Shown here: positions 1-9,393 of the stretch, piece after piece
Position numbering within the stretch: position 1 is the stretch's first letter
Layout: each line of letters opens with the position of its first letter
Assembly (NCBI GenBank): GCA_000002445.1
Contig: CP000066.1
Coordinates: 576,001-640,000, forward strand
Origin: Trypanosoma brucei
Lineage: Eukaryota
Length of the DNA: 64,000 nucleotides
Direction of reading: 5' to 3'
The notes under the pieces: generated by a model
What the model was told of the DNA's origin: nothing
What the model saw: the letters and a program-made list of their open reading frames with translations, nothing else
Databases searched by the model: none
Program-made: the position numbers and the translations under genes

Positions 1-594
1 TAGTAAAACAGCCATATCTGCCGCTACGCTACCACCGCCATTCCCCCTGTTACTCTCCCCATTTGAGGCACATTTTGTATGAAGTTCAATCGCTTTGGAG
101 AAGTGCCGCACAGCACTCAAATACTCGCCCTTCGTCATGGCTTCCTTTCCCTGCTCGATACCCTTGCGATAGTAGTAAGAGTCAAGGGTGTCCTTCGATG
201 CGACACCTCGGCCACTGCGCATCAGCTCTAACACTAGCTGATGTTGTTCCTTATACAAAATAGTGTTAGGGTCCAACTCGTAGGCACGAGCATAGTGTCG
301 CGAGGCCTCCTCGTAGTGCTTGAGCCCGTGGTAGGCTGCTGCCATTCGCCCATGAACTTTGCTGTTGCGGTCGTCCATCTGAAGGGCCTCCTTTGCAGCA
401 CTAAGTGCTTCAGCGAATTGTTCTCGCGCAGCATAACAGGCGCTCATATTAGAAAATGCCCGTATCTTTTGTGCCACTGTGATGTGCTCGTCGGAGCTAA
501 TCGTCTTGTACAAACCAATGGCGGCGATATGATTTCCTTCACGCACAAGGGATGCCGCCTTGACAAAGTTCTCCTCTAACGCTGCATTGGCCAT
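1..594 (-). CDS. TPR-repeat protein, 3'-partial in this window (N-terminus at 594, ORF runs off the left edge)
   Basis: Manual reverse-complement translation gives M-A-N-A-A-L-E-E-N-F-V-K-A-A-S-L... with no stop to position 1. Recurring A/Y/L-rich 34-residue motifs are typical of TPR repeats. Not in the ORF track because it is truncated by the edge. Confidence 0.6.
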   Translation of the reverse strand, partial: MANAALEENFVKAASLVREGNHIAAIGLYKTISSDEHITVAQKIRAFSNMSACYAAREQFAEALSAAKEALQMDDRNSKVHGRMAAAYHGLKHYEEASRHYARAYELDPNTILYKEQHQLVLELMRSGRGVASKDTLDSYYYRKGIEQGKEAMTKGEYLSAVRHFSKAIELHTKCASNGESNRGNGGGSVAADMAVLL

Positions 595-1318
595 TGTACC
601 CAATAAACTTCCTCACATATACAAAAAAAAAAGTCTCCTCAGAGACAATTAATGTGACAAAAAGGGGGAGAGATGTCCTCAAAGGTCGTTGAGAAGAGGG
701 AAGAAAAAACAGAATGCGCCACCAAAATGGCAATAGGATGTTTCAGCAGCACACGCCCATATGGGAAAATTATAATAGTATTTGAATGTGGTGCGCGGCT
801 AAGAGTTGCAGGCAGATCGAGAAAACATCTCATCAATACAGACTGCAAGGAACCCCAACTACCTTTCAGCAACCACCTCCACAACCGGAACAGCTCAACA
901 CCAAGTAACTCTTTAAGTGAACACTCCACCAGGCGCAAATTTTTTAATCAAACAAATCCCCTGAACCATGGAGAACCTCCACCCTCACATAGCAACTGGA
1001 GGGCAGCACGAGTCAGAGTTGTCACCACAAAAGGAAGTGAGGCATTTACACCTCGAATGAAATATCAGTCCTCACGCACGCCCAAAACGCAAAATGTCAA
1101 TATAACAGCTAGAGTAGCGATAATAATTCTATGAAAGCACAGCTACAAGAGACTAATAGCAGTCAACGCAGATATCAACAATGTGAAGATACACGTACGA
1201 AGACAAACAATGGCGCACGCAAATCGAATTAAAAAGACCTCCGAATGGGAGGCTGCTATTAAGCGACGATCGACAGAAACAGCGAACGCACCGGTTTAAT
1301 TTTACACTTCGTGTTCGC

Positions 1319-3103
1319 TCAAGCAGTACGGTTGTACACACGCAAAAGATCCCGTTGCTTCAAGGGTAACATATCTATCATTTCGCGAGACAGCTGAACT
1401 TCCTTCTCCGTTTCATCCTCCATAGGGTTTGCAGATGCAAAATCAACGGCCTTTTGAAACATTTGAATGGCAACCGAGATATTCTCGAACTCCTCTCTGG
1501 GATTTTTAAAAACAAATTTTAGCTGCAGCTGGGCAAGTCGCATAGCCGCCCTGAAAAATGGCATCCTGGACTCCGATTCGAGTACCTCAGGTACCACCCC
1601 TGATTTTGGATCTTTCCATGTATCACAGAAACGCCTGTAGAAGGACTGATTGACCCTAACGAGGGCGTTCAGGCTCTTGTCACTCAACGGTTTCTCACCC
1701 TCCACAGGGTCGCTTCTCTGACGGATGCGCAGCTCAACTACTTCCTCATGAATGACGCCGAGGTCAAATAACAGTTGCCTCACCAGTGTCGGGTACGCCT
1801 TGAAACTAAGGTCATCTGGGAATTTCTCTAGTAGTGTCACGCGACGCTGATGCATAGCAATAATACGATCACGGCCCGTCTCGAAATGAATAAGCACCTC
1901 ATACAAACGCGCCTTGTCCTTCATGATCTCGATGTGCTCAGTGCAGCACCCATCGTACACATAAAATTTAAGAGCTTCATTAAACCAGTTGGTCGCAGTT
2001 TTGAAACATTCACGGGCGTCGTCAAAAGTTTCGATAATAGGAGGGAATTCTGGTGGGGGGATGTCAAGGGGAAAATCTTCCCACCAGCCCTCCAATTCGT
2101 CCGGTAGGGGGGCACGTGAAGCACAACCACGCTTGACATCAGCATAGTGCTGCAGGCGATGCAAGTAGAACCTTCCGTGTGCCCACGCCACAACACCGAG
2201 GGTCTCCTCAGTTGGATTTTCCTTCGGCATTACGAAACGACCAGCACTGAGGCAGTGTAGCGCTTTACCGTAGTCGTAGTAACTACTGTAAAATGCACTC
2301 AGATGCAGGGCGTTCGTAGCCCAGTCCTTCTTGGAGAACTCCATCTTGTTGAGTAGCTGACTGTACAGCGTTCTGTGGCAGTAACGCGAAGCCATCGCTG
2401 TCATCTGCGATGCTGAATAAACCTGCGCCAAAAAGAAAAGTGTAGATGTAAATGCCGTATCCATTTCGTACCTTGCAGTGTATATTGCCAGTGCATCTGT
2501 GGATATGCTTTCGCGGTCAAGCCCGCCGCTTTCTTTAACAGGAACTTGTTGCATCACGCAACTTCCAGGTAACGATTCAAACCACTTGTTCCAATTGTTA
2601 TATCCCTTTTCGGCAACATGAAGAACCTGCTTGGCATCGTTGAGACGCAATGTCGCATCCCGATTAGAGAAGTAGAGCCCTAGTGCATTATGAACCCGCA
2701 GAAACTCAGTTGCGAATGCAAAACGGTGGGTCGCGTCTATGTAAGGTGCCTCGTTCTGCAGTATTAACTCTATTGGGTGGGGTGTGATGTTCTCAACATC
2801 GGCCAACAGTTCCTCCTTAGCACCGGAAAGAGTAACAGAGTATGCCTTGCGCAGCTCTGTCATGCCCTCCTCTTCTTCCGATGTTTCCAACATGTTTAAA
2901 CCAATGAATATACCACACCGGCAAACTTGACTAAGCGCAGTAAAACTAGGCGACTCTCTGTATGCATTCACAACAGAGTCCCTTAATGATTGCATTTGGC
3001 TCCTGGCCGTGAACTTGGGCTCTAGAACGTTACGCCTCGGTCCCTCCTCTTCACTTAGTTTTACGATGGCATCGTATGACAACGTGAACGCAGTGTGGTC
3101 CAT
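1319..3103 (-). CDS. KIF-binding protein (KBP/KIAA1279-family) homologue, 594 aa
   Basis: Long ORF with trypanosome-like codon usage. Segments FFLAQVYSASQ...YCHRTLYSQL...WATNALHLSAFY...KALHCLSAG and the C-terminal EVQLSREMIDMLPLK align with my recollection of human KBP (YYLAQVYQHLE...YCHSTLKRQL...WAINAATLSQFY...ARHCLSAA; ELELSKEMVSLLPTK). Confidence 0.75.
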   Translation of the reverse strand: MDHTAFTLSYDAIVKLSEEEGPRRNVLEPKFTARSQMQSLRDSVVNAYRESPSFTALSQVCRCGIFIGLNMLETSEEEEGMTELRKAYSVTLSGAKEELLADVENITPHPIELILQNEAPYIDATHRFAFATEFLRVHNALGLYFSNRDATLRLNDAKQVLHVAEKGYNNWNKWFESLPGSCVMQQVPVKESGGLDRESISTDALAIYTARYEMDTAFTSTLFFLAQVYSASQMTAMASRYCHRTLYSQLLNKMEFSKKDWATNALHLSAFYSSYYDYGKALHCLSAGRFVMPKENPTEETLGVVAWAHGRFYLHRLQHYADVKRGCASRAPLPDELEGWWEDFPLDIPPPEFPPIIETFDDARECFKTATNWFNEALKFYVYDGCCTEHIEIMKDKARLYEVLIHFETGRDRIIAMHQRRVTLLEKFPDDLSFKAYPTLVRQLLFDLGVIHEEVVELRIRQRSDPVEGEKPLSDKSLNALVRVNQSFYRRFCDTWKDPKSGVVPEVLESESRMPFFRAAMRLAQLQLKFVFKNPREEFENISVAIQMFQKAVDFASANPMEDETEKEVQLSREMIDMLPLKQRDLLRVYNRTA

Positions 3104-3398
3104 CTAAGAAAGTAGAGGTGTAAAAATTAAATTTCTTCCCCTGTCACAGATGCCAAAAGGTTCAGAAGCAATGTCAAGGATGTCAGCTGTAGGCAATAGG
3201 GGCTCAGTGGGTTAGCCCCAGGAGTGTATAAAACGCCAACCTTCAGAAAAGCAGCTAAACGAAGTAAATCAAAACAGAAATGGAGGGGCACATACTCGAG
3301 TTCAACAACCTACTATTCCGCCAACAGCGGAAAGACGTGAATCTTTAAGTTACCACCAAACAAATAAAAGCTAACCTTACTATGGGAAGAAATGCACT

Positions 3399-4061
3399 TC
3401 ACATAAAGTTGTCATCACCATCGGGAACGTTGGCAGCACCACCCTCATCCCCTATGGTGTCCAATCCCAGTGCATCTCCTGCTGAAGAGCCACCCTTTGC
3501 GGATGCCCCTTCCTTCCCCGGTTGCTCCCGCTTGTCACCCTTTGTTTGCTTCATTTTTCCTTCACAAACCTTACTTGCGTTTGATACCTTGTCCTTAATG
3601 GTCCTGAGGGTGTCAAGGGCGTTGCCTGACTTAAACTCACGGGCTATATCACGGAAAACGACAGAAAGGATTGAGTTGAAGTGTGGAGACTCAGAAAAGC
3701 TAAGAAGGCGGTCAGCCAATACGACACCGAGCGCCTCCGCCTCCGCGGCAGTGTTGACGGGCATGTCAGCGATGAGCTTTACGGCGTTCTCACTGTCTTT
3801 TACCACATTCAGGGCTTCCCCGGCACTGCTTGCCGTGCTTTTCATATCTTCAAGAGCCCTTGCAACGTCAGCGGGTAATAGCTCCTCCTCTTCAGTTCGT
3901 GCAGAAGCTCTGGCACGTCTTCGCTGCCTTTCCTTCTCCAGTAGGGCTTGTTGTTCTCGCAGTTTTCGCTTAAGGGCTTCCTCCTCGGCAGCTTCTCCTT
4001 GCTGGGCTTCAACCTCCCAGTCATCAGCAGCGTCGTCATACTCATGGTAGTCCTCCTCCAT
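3399..4061 (-). CDS. Translation initiation factor eIF3 subunit j-like, 220 aa
   Basis: Acidic Trp-containing N-terminus (DDWEVE), Lys/Arg/Glu coiled-coil region, internal ILSVVFRDI motif and C-terminal ...DGDDNFM tail resemble my recollection of eIF3j (FLEVLVRDV; ...YEDFM). The plus-strand ORF over the same region is Ser-rich and judged spurious. Confidence 0.6.
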   Translation of the reverse strand: MEEDYHEYDDAADDWEVEAQQGEAAEEEALKRKLREQQALLEKERQRRRARASARTEEEELLPADVARALEDMKSTASSAGEALNVVKDSENAVKLIADMPVNTAAEAEALGVVLADRLLSFSESPHFNSILSVVFRDIAREFKSGNALDTLRTIKDKVSNASKVCEGKMKQTKGDKREQPGKEGASAKGGSSAGDALGLDTIGDEGGAANVPDGDDNFM

Positions 4062-4930
4062 GGCTATAAGAAGCTAGTTTACCTTTATTTAAAAAAATCC
4101 CTGGCGCACGCCAGACGTTAAGTGGAATTCAAAAGTATCAAGTACAGCCACATACGCGTGCTTCACAGCACCATCACCATAAATTGAGAATAAAGAATAG
4201 TGTCGGGAACAGAAATAAACTTTAAGTGGTCGTTCATTTATTTCCTTCCGATTCTGACGCAGGCGAAATACTCATTTCTTTTTTTCGGTAAATGCCCTTC
4301 CCTTTTTAGACAAAAAAAAACATCTCACTCAACGAGGAGTCGAACAGACGCATCACGTATCGTATAGAAATGTGCAAAGAAACATAATCGCTATTTACTC
4401 CCGCTTACTCAGAGAGTGAAGAACTGCACAGCGAAGAAGAGTGGACCGCGTGCTGACAGTCCCACCACAGAAAACAATCCTATGCTGAGCTCTTTTTGTT
4501 GTTGCCGTTGAGGACTTGTAGCGGTAACATGACTTGAAATTGTGAATCAGTGTGTGTACGTCGCTACGTACATTTAGCACTGACGGATCATGAGTTCCCT
4601 CATCCAAGACGTGTCTCGCCCCTCCTCCATGTACAACCACGGTTTCCCACTCTCCCCCACACCCGTCCTTCTTTACCAAACGTTCCCCTTCCTCGATTTT
4701 TCTTTAACCCCACAAACCCAAGGGAAAAGAAAAAACGCTGCTCACACGTGCCGTTCATTGCTTTATTTGCTTTAATGCCCCCCCCCTTTTACCTTCAACA
4801 AAACATACTCCGTCTCGCTCACATTGCCCGAACCCTTAGACGTCACAAGGGGGGAAATTGTACCAAATTTCCCCTCAAGTTCCTACTGTATAAACAAATA
4901 AACGGAAAAGAAAAAAAGCGATATTGCGCT

Positions 4931-5836
4931 TTAGATTGCCCTCTTTTTCATTAACTCAGCCATCAGCGCCCCGAGCTGAGCGGGTGAATGGGCCACAACG
5001 GCACCTGCAGCTTCAAGTGCTTCCATCTTTCCTTTCGCAGTCCCCTGCCCACCAGAGACAACAGCCCCAGCGTGACCCATTCTGCGTCCTGGGGGGGCAG
5101 TGGCACCACCAATGAAAGTAACCAAAGGTTTCTTGATGGGATGATTCTTTATGAATTCTGCAGCCTCTTCCTCAGCAGTACCACCGATCTCACCAATGAG
5201 AATGATACCTTCAGTTCCAGGATCTTCCAGATACAACTTAACGCAGTCGATCATGTTGGTACCGTTGAACGGATCGCCACCAATTCCCACGCACAACGAC
5301 TGTCCAAGGTTGACGGCTGTTGTTTGGGCAACAGCCTCGTAAGTAAGGGTGCCACTTCGGGAAACCACACCAATGCAGCCCTTCTTGTGGATGTGGCCAG
5401 GCATAATACCAATCTTGCACTCCTCCGGGCGAATAATACCCGGACAGTTAGGACCTATCAGCCGGGTCTTGTTCTGGGAGAGAAGCATAGATTTTACGCG
5501 GAGCATATCCCACTGCGGAATCCCTTCAGTGATAACAACAACCAGGGGAACTTCGGCAACCAAAGCCTCCTCCACTGCTGCAGCGCAGTGAGGAGCAGGG
5601 ACATAAATAACAGTAGCGTCGGCCCCAGTGTTTTTCACTGCCTCAGCAACCGTACCAAAGACAGGCAGGTTAAGGTAGGTCGAACCCGCTTTCTTAGGGT
5701 TCACTCCGCCCACCATTTTGGTGCCATAAGCAATCGCCTGCTCAGTGTGGTATGTGCCGTGCTTCCCCGTTATACCTTGGCATATGACCTTAGTGTTTTG
5801 GTTAATCCACAAGCGGCGAACTGTCCTTGAGAGCAT
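4931..5836 (-). CDS. Succinyl-CoA ligase (succinyl-CoA synthetase) alpha subunit
   Basis: CoA-binding N-terminus ([36 protein letters not shown]), catalytic-His motif region (GRRMGHAGA) and SRSGTLTYE motif are hallmarks of SCS-alpha across all kingdoms. Confidence 0.95.
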   Translation of the reverse strand: MLSRTVRRLWINQNTKVICQGITGKHGTYHTEQAIAYGTKMVGGVNPKKAGSTYLNLPVFGTVAEAVKNTGADATVIYVPAPHCAAAVEEALVAEVPLVVVITEGIPQWDMLRVKSMLLSQNKTRLIGPNCPGIIRPEECKIGIMPGHIHKKGCIGVVSRSGTLTYEAVAQTTAVNLGQSLCVGIGGDPFNGTNMIDCVKLYLEDPGTEGIILIGEIGGTAEEEAAEFIKNHPIKKPLVTFIGGATAPPGRRMGHAGAVVSGGQGTAKGKMEALEAAGAVVAHSPAQLGALMAELMKKRAI

Positions 5837-6245
5837 TTCAAATAATGTTTAACTTTAGTCACCTGAGAACACTTAAAGCGAACAAAGAAAATATGTTGTA
5901 TACGTTGTTGTGGGCATGTTAATAATCATTATTCACAGTTACTTACAGGAAAACATTGACCATCCTTTATCATGGAGGCAGAAAACATTAACAACTAACT
6001 TAGGCATGTCTGTATCAGACGAAAATAATGCGCCACGACGTGTGGTTATAATCTTGCACAACAATATATGTATGTGTGTGTAGGAAGAAGCCGGAAAGTG
6101 ATCAATATGACGAAAGAAAGGGAATAACCGCAACGTAATCAAGCGTTGAAAAGCGAGAGAAATTAAGAAGTAAAAACTCAACACAGCTTCCACTCAACCA
6201 ACTCCAAGTCTACTACATCGGCATTTTCACCGATTCCCCTCACTT

Positions 6246-7451
6246 TTAAACCCCAATAGAGATCTTAACTGGAGGACGCGCCACCGTTTGATGAGGGAAC
6301 GCCGCGGGTAATCTAATGTCCTTCTTTTGCGCAAGCACGGTGGGTGGAGGAAGCTCGAATGAATCTTCGGTTGCATTTGTGCGGTGCACCAAAGAGTTGA
6401 TTTTTCGACAGCGCTCAATATTTCTTTGAACAAAAATGCGGCAATCATCAACTAGTTCATCACCCCGAAATGGCAGCTTTTTTTTCTGTAAACCAGATGC
6501 CCTTTTTTCGGTGATGGCATTCGCCGCCAACAAATCAGACTGACTCGCAAGCCACAAACCGGCGGCAGGGTTGCTATCAAACAAACCACTGGAGGCATAC
6601 GAGTACGTTAAAGACTTGAACACATCAACCTTCAGCTTCACAAACGTCAGAACTTCATTGAATATGTTGTGATCGACTGCAACGCAGTTCAGGCCTACTT
6701 TATGAGCCTCTTCGTATATTTTAAAGGTTTGATGGAGGAGTCCCACGGTAAGCATCTTTCCTTCACTTTGTCCGTTTTCAGTGGATCTTGCTGACCCTAT
6801 CTCTTGCGCTTGACCTATGGCAACAAGGTGACAAAACTCCAAAACAGATGCCGAGACGTCCCCGGGTCTGGCGAGTCGTACGTCACCAACTACGTATAAT
6901 TCCATGTCATCAGAGATATCCTTGACAAGACAAAAATATCCGGCAGCTTGTAAAAGATAATGGTAGCATTCCTTCTGAAGGGCAGATGCGTGACCATGCG
7001 CCGATTGCCAACATACTAACCGTTCGCTCACATTCACCAGAATAACCCCGACGTTAAAGTACATGTTCTGTAAATCATAACGAAAGTCGTCAAAGTAAAT
7101 AGTCTCTTGTGGTGAAAGGCACGGAGTCCAACAATAATAATATCCATCTGCTAGGACGGGGTAGTGGTAGAGCAAGGCAGCTAGTTCCTTCGCATAGTCA
7201 TTGACAGCATCGACGACACAGTTGATCACCTTCTCACGCTCCTCAAAATTCTTCCAAAACCCAGTCGCATAATTATTGCTCTGCTTGAACTGGTCACGAA
7301 CCGAGCCAAACTTCGCAATGCACTCAGCTCTCCTTAACTCAAAACTCCTTTTCACGTTAGGAGGTATACTCTTCCAATTTGCATCAACTTTTTCACTAGG
7401 AACAACGGACTCCTTCAAGGCAAAAGTGACAAACCTAAGTAACATCAACAC
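6246..7451 (-). CDS. Hypothetical protein with BRO1-like domain, 401 aa
   Basis: Length and several motifs (LVAIGQAQEIGSAR versus ALIX LIMLAQAQEVFFLKA; conserved aromatic clusters) suggest a BRO1 fold. This is a weak assignment by recall only. Confidence 0.4.
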   Translation of the reverse strand: MLMLLRFVTFALKESVVPSEKVDANWKSIPPNVKRSFELRRAECIAKFGSVRDQFKQSNNYATGFWKNFEEREKVINCVVDAVNDYAKELAALLYHYPVLADGYYYCWTPCLSPQETIYFDDFRYDLQNMYFNVGVILVNVSERLVCWQSAHGHASALQKECYHYLLQAAGYFCLVKDISDDMELYVVGDVRLARPGDVSASVLEFCHLVAIGQAQEIGSARSTENGQSEGKMLTVGLLHQTFKIYEEAHKVGLNCVAVDHNIFNEVLTFVKLKVDVFKSLTYSYASSGLFDSNPAAGLWLASQSDLLAANAITEKRASGLQKKKLPFRGDELVDDCRIFVQRNIERCRKINSLVHRTNATEDSFELPPPTVLAQKKDIRLPAAFPHQTVARPPVKISIGV

Positions 7452-7616
7452 ACTGATCTGCTGTTCTCAGCAGTGTTCCCAGGGGAGCCACACAAGTATG
7501 GGGGAAGTGCAAGCAATTTACTGTTCAAAACAATACATGCACATGAGCAGTAAGACAACCAATAAAAAAAATGATAGCAACTGTCACAAAAAATAAGGAA
7601 GTCGTGTAGGCGTTTG

Positions 7617-8513
7617 TCAAAGACATGCGGACGACAAATGCGCTATGTTCTCCTTACCCAAAACAGCTAGACACTCCGACAACAGCATTTCCATATCTTT
7701 GAAATATTCACCTTGCTCGCTGACTAGATTGGACACGGGGTTGTACTGGAGATATTCATCAACATCAGTACAGTCACTGGTAGGAAGGGTAGTTGCCCCT
7801 GACACGCATTTCTGAACTAAGGAAGGATCATCGGTATTAGGCACACACTCACACCGGTTCTCTAAAAGTGGCGATGTATGCTTCACGTAATATCCACGCA
7901 TCTCGCTAAGTGCCAGCATGACCACTTCATTGCGTGAAACATGTTCCTCATCCCATAGGAAGTTACGAACCTCCGTCTCCTGTTGAATTAACCGAGTAAT
8001 CGAATTACCGACCCGAATATCGTTGAGTCCTTGCTCCAGGATTCTTCGTGACGCTGCGAGATCCGCCAACTGTGTTGCAACCTTGTGAACGTTGGTACGG
8101 CAGCGGTCCAAGCGAACTGCCAAACATTCTAGCAATCTTTCCATATACTCTGATTTCTCTGCGAAATTTTTCGTCACATCTTTTATGCCCCGTCTAACCG
8201 ATACTAGCGTCGTGTCAGGTTCAGTCTGCGTGGATGAAGAAAATGTGAAACATTCCGTCTGCGTATCACGGTTTGTAGGTTGTTGAGCGCACTGGATCCC
8301 AACATCTTTCAGATATATGGAATGTTGCACACCTTTACTGAAGATTTTTGACTCTGTTTGGATAGATTTGGAAAACGAGCTTGGCGGGGCCACCACGGGT
8401 TTCCCCTCTATGCTGGGTTGTTGCAACTTATCCTTCCTTGGGTAGCCTTCTATGGACGCTATTACCTCATCGGCGATAGCCAATATACTTTCGGTCTCCC
8501 TCTTCACGGTCAT
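7617..8513 (-). CDS. Hypothetical protein, 298 aa
   Basis: Uninterrupted ORF co-oriented with neighbours in the same gene cluster. No recognisable domain. Confidence 0.5.
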   Translation of the reverse strand: MTVKRETESILAIADEVIASIEGYPRKDKLQQPSIEGKPVVAPPSSFSKSIQTESKIFSKGVQHSIYLKDVGIQCAQQPTNRDTQTECFTFSSSTQTEPDTTLVSVRRGIKDVTKNFAEKSEYMERLLECLAVRLDRCRTNVHKVATQLADLAASRRILEQGLNDIRVGNSITRLIQQETEVRNFLWDEEHVSRNEVVMLALSEMRGYYVKHTSPLLENRCECVPNTDDPSLVQKCVSGATTLPTSDCTDVDEYLQYNPVSNLVSEQGEYFKDMEMLLSECLAVLGKENIAHLSSACL

Positions 8514-8706
8514 TACGCCTTCGGGAAGAAAACCAACATATGATAGCAGAATTTTCTCTCACTTAGTTAAAAGAAAGCATGCACAGGATATTTCCATTTG
8601 TGCCACGTTGTAACAAAAGCAGAAGGTCGTCATAATCCTCTTTTACGAAGATAATCGAAATAAATCCCAATAATAACAATTCGGTGCCACAGTAAAATCA
8701 GACAGT

Positions 8707-9393
8707 TCATGAACTCTGCTTCATCCCACTATAATATGTCCTCCCAAAATACCCCTTTGGCCGAGCTTCGTAACGTGGTGCCAAGTTTTGTAGTGGCTGC
8801 ATCTCCATCTCTTTGTATGGACTACGCTTCACATCTTCCGCTGTTATTTCGTCCACAGTCCAATCCCTGGGTCTCTCATCGTCCCTGTGTAGCAAATGGT
8901 CGTTCTGTTCAATTGCGTCAATTTGTGATTGCTCTGTTACACCATATTCTCCTAACGTCTTTTGTGGGTCCAATTCTTTCCCATCGATAGCAAGATGAAA
9001 GGACGAAACACAAAGATAGGGAGACTGATTCTCAACGAGAACAAGATCCTTTACTTGTGCAATAGTACTGTCTTTCGGAGCCATAATCTGAACAACCTGC
9101 ATACGCTGCTCCCAGCCAGATGTAACCCAGGTAAATATTTTGAACCTTATTCTTAATGGAATTAGGTGCTGCACCCTCGGGTCGTCAGTTACTGCCCGCC
9201 AATAGTGCCTGTCAGTATCATGAAGAATGGACTCTAAGCTCCCCGAATAAAAGCGCGTATCTCCAGGTGTCGCTGCTCGGATGGGTCCAGGATATGTCGT
9301 GGACTCTTCAAACCGTTTTCGGGCTTCAAACGCCTCCTGCTGGTAGTGTCCAAGAAGTCCTGCCTTCAACAGAGAAAGGGCGCCGCGCCTCAT
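8707..9393 (-). CDS. Hypothetical protein, 228 aa, possible ubiquitin-like domain
   Basis: ORF at the end of the minus-strand cluster. The central segment (STIAQVKDLVLVE...HLAIDGKELDPQKTLGEYGV) is beta-grasp-like. Confidence 0.5.
   Translation of the reverse strand: MRRGALSLLKAGLLGHYQQEAFEARKRFEESTTYPGPIRAATPGDTRFYSGSLESILHDTDRHYWRAVTDDPRVQHLIPLRIRFKIFTWVTSGWEQRMQVVQIMAPKDSTIAQVKDLVLVENQSPYLCVSSFHLAIDGKELDPQKTLGEYGVTEQSQIDAIEQNDHLLHRDDERPRDWTVDEITAEDVKRSPYKEMEMQPLQNLAPRYEARPKGYFGRTYYSGMKQSS

Noticed and set aside
3382-4050. 222-aa plus-strand ORF overlapping the eIF3j gene
   Set aside because: It is Ser/Ala-rich and of low complexity, antisense to a better-supported ORF with the cluster orientation. 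It is a typical mirror ORF of a GC3-biased gene.
4988-5830. 280-aa plus-strand ORF antisense to succinyl-CoA ligase alpha
   Set aside because: The opposite strand encodes an unmistakable conserved enzyme, and this ORF has no recognisable features.
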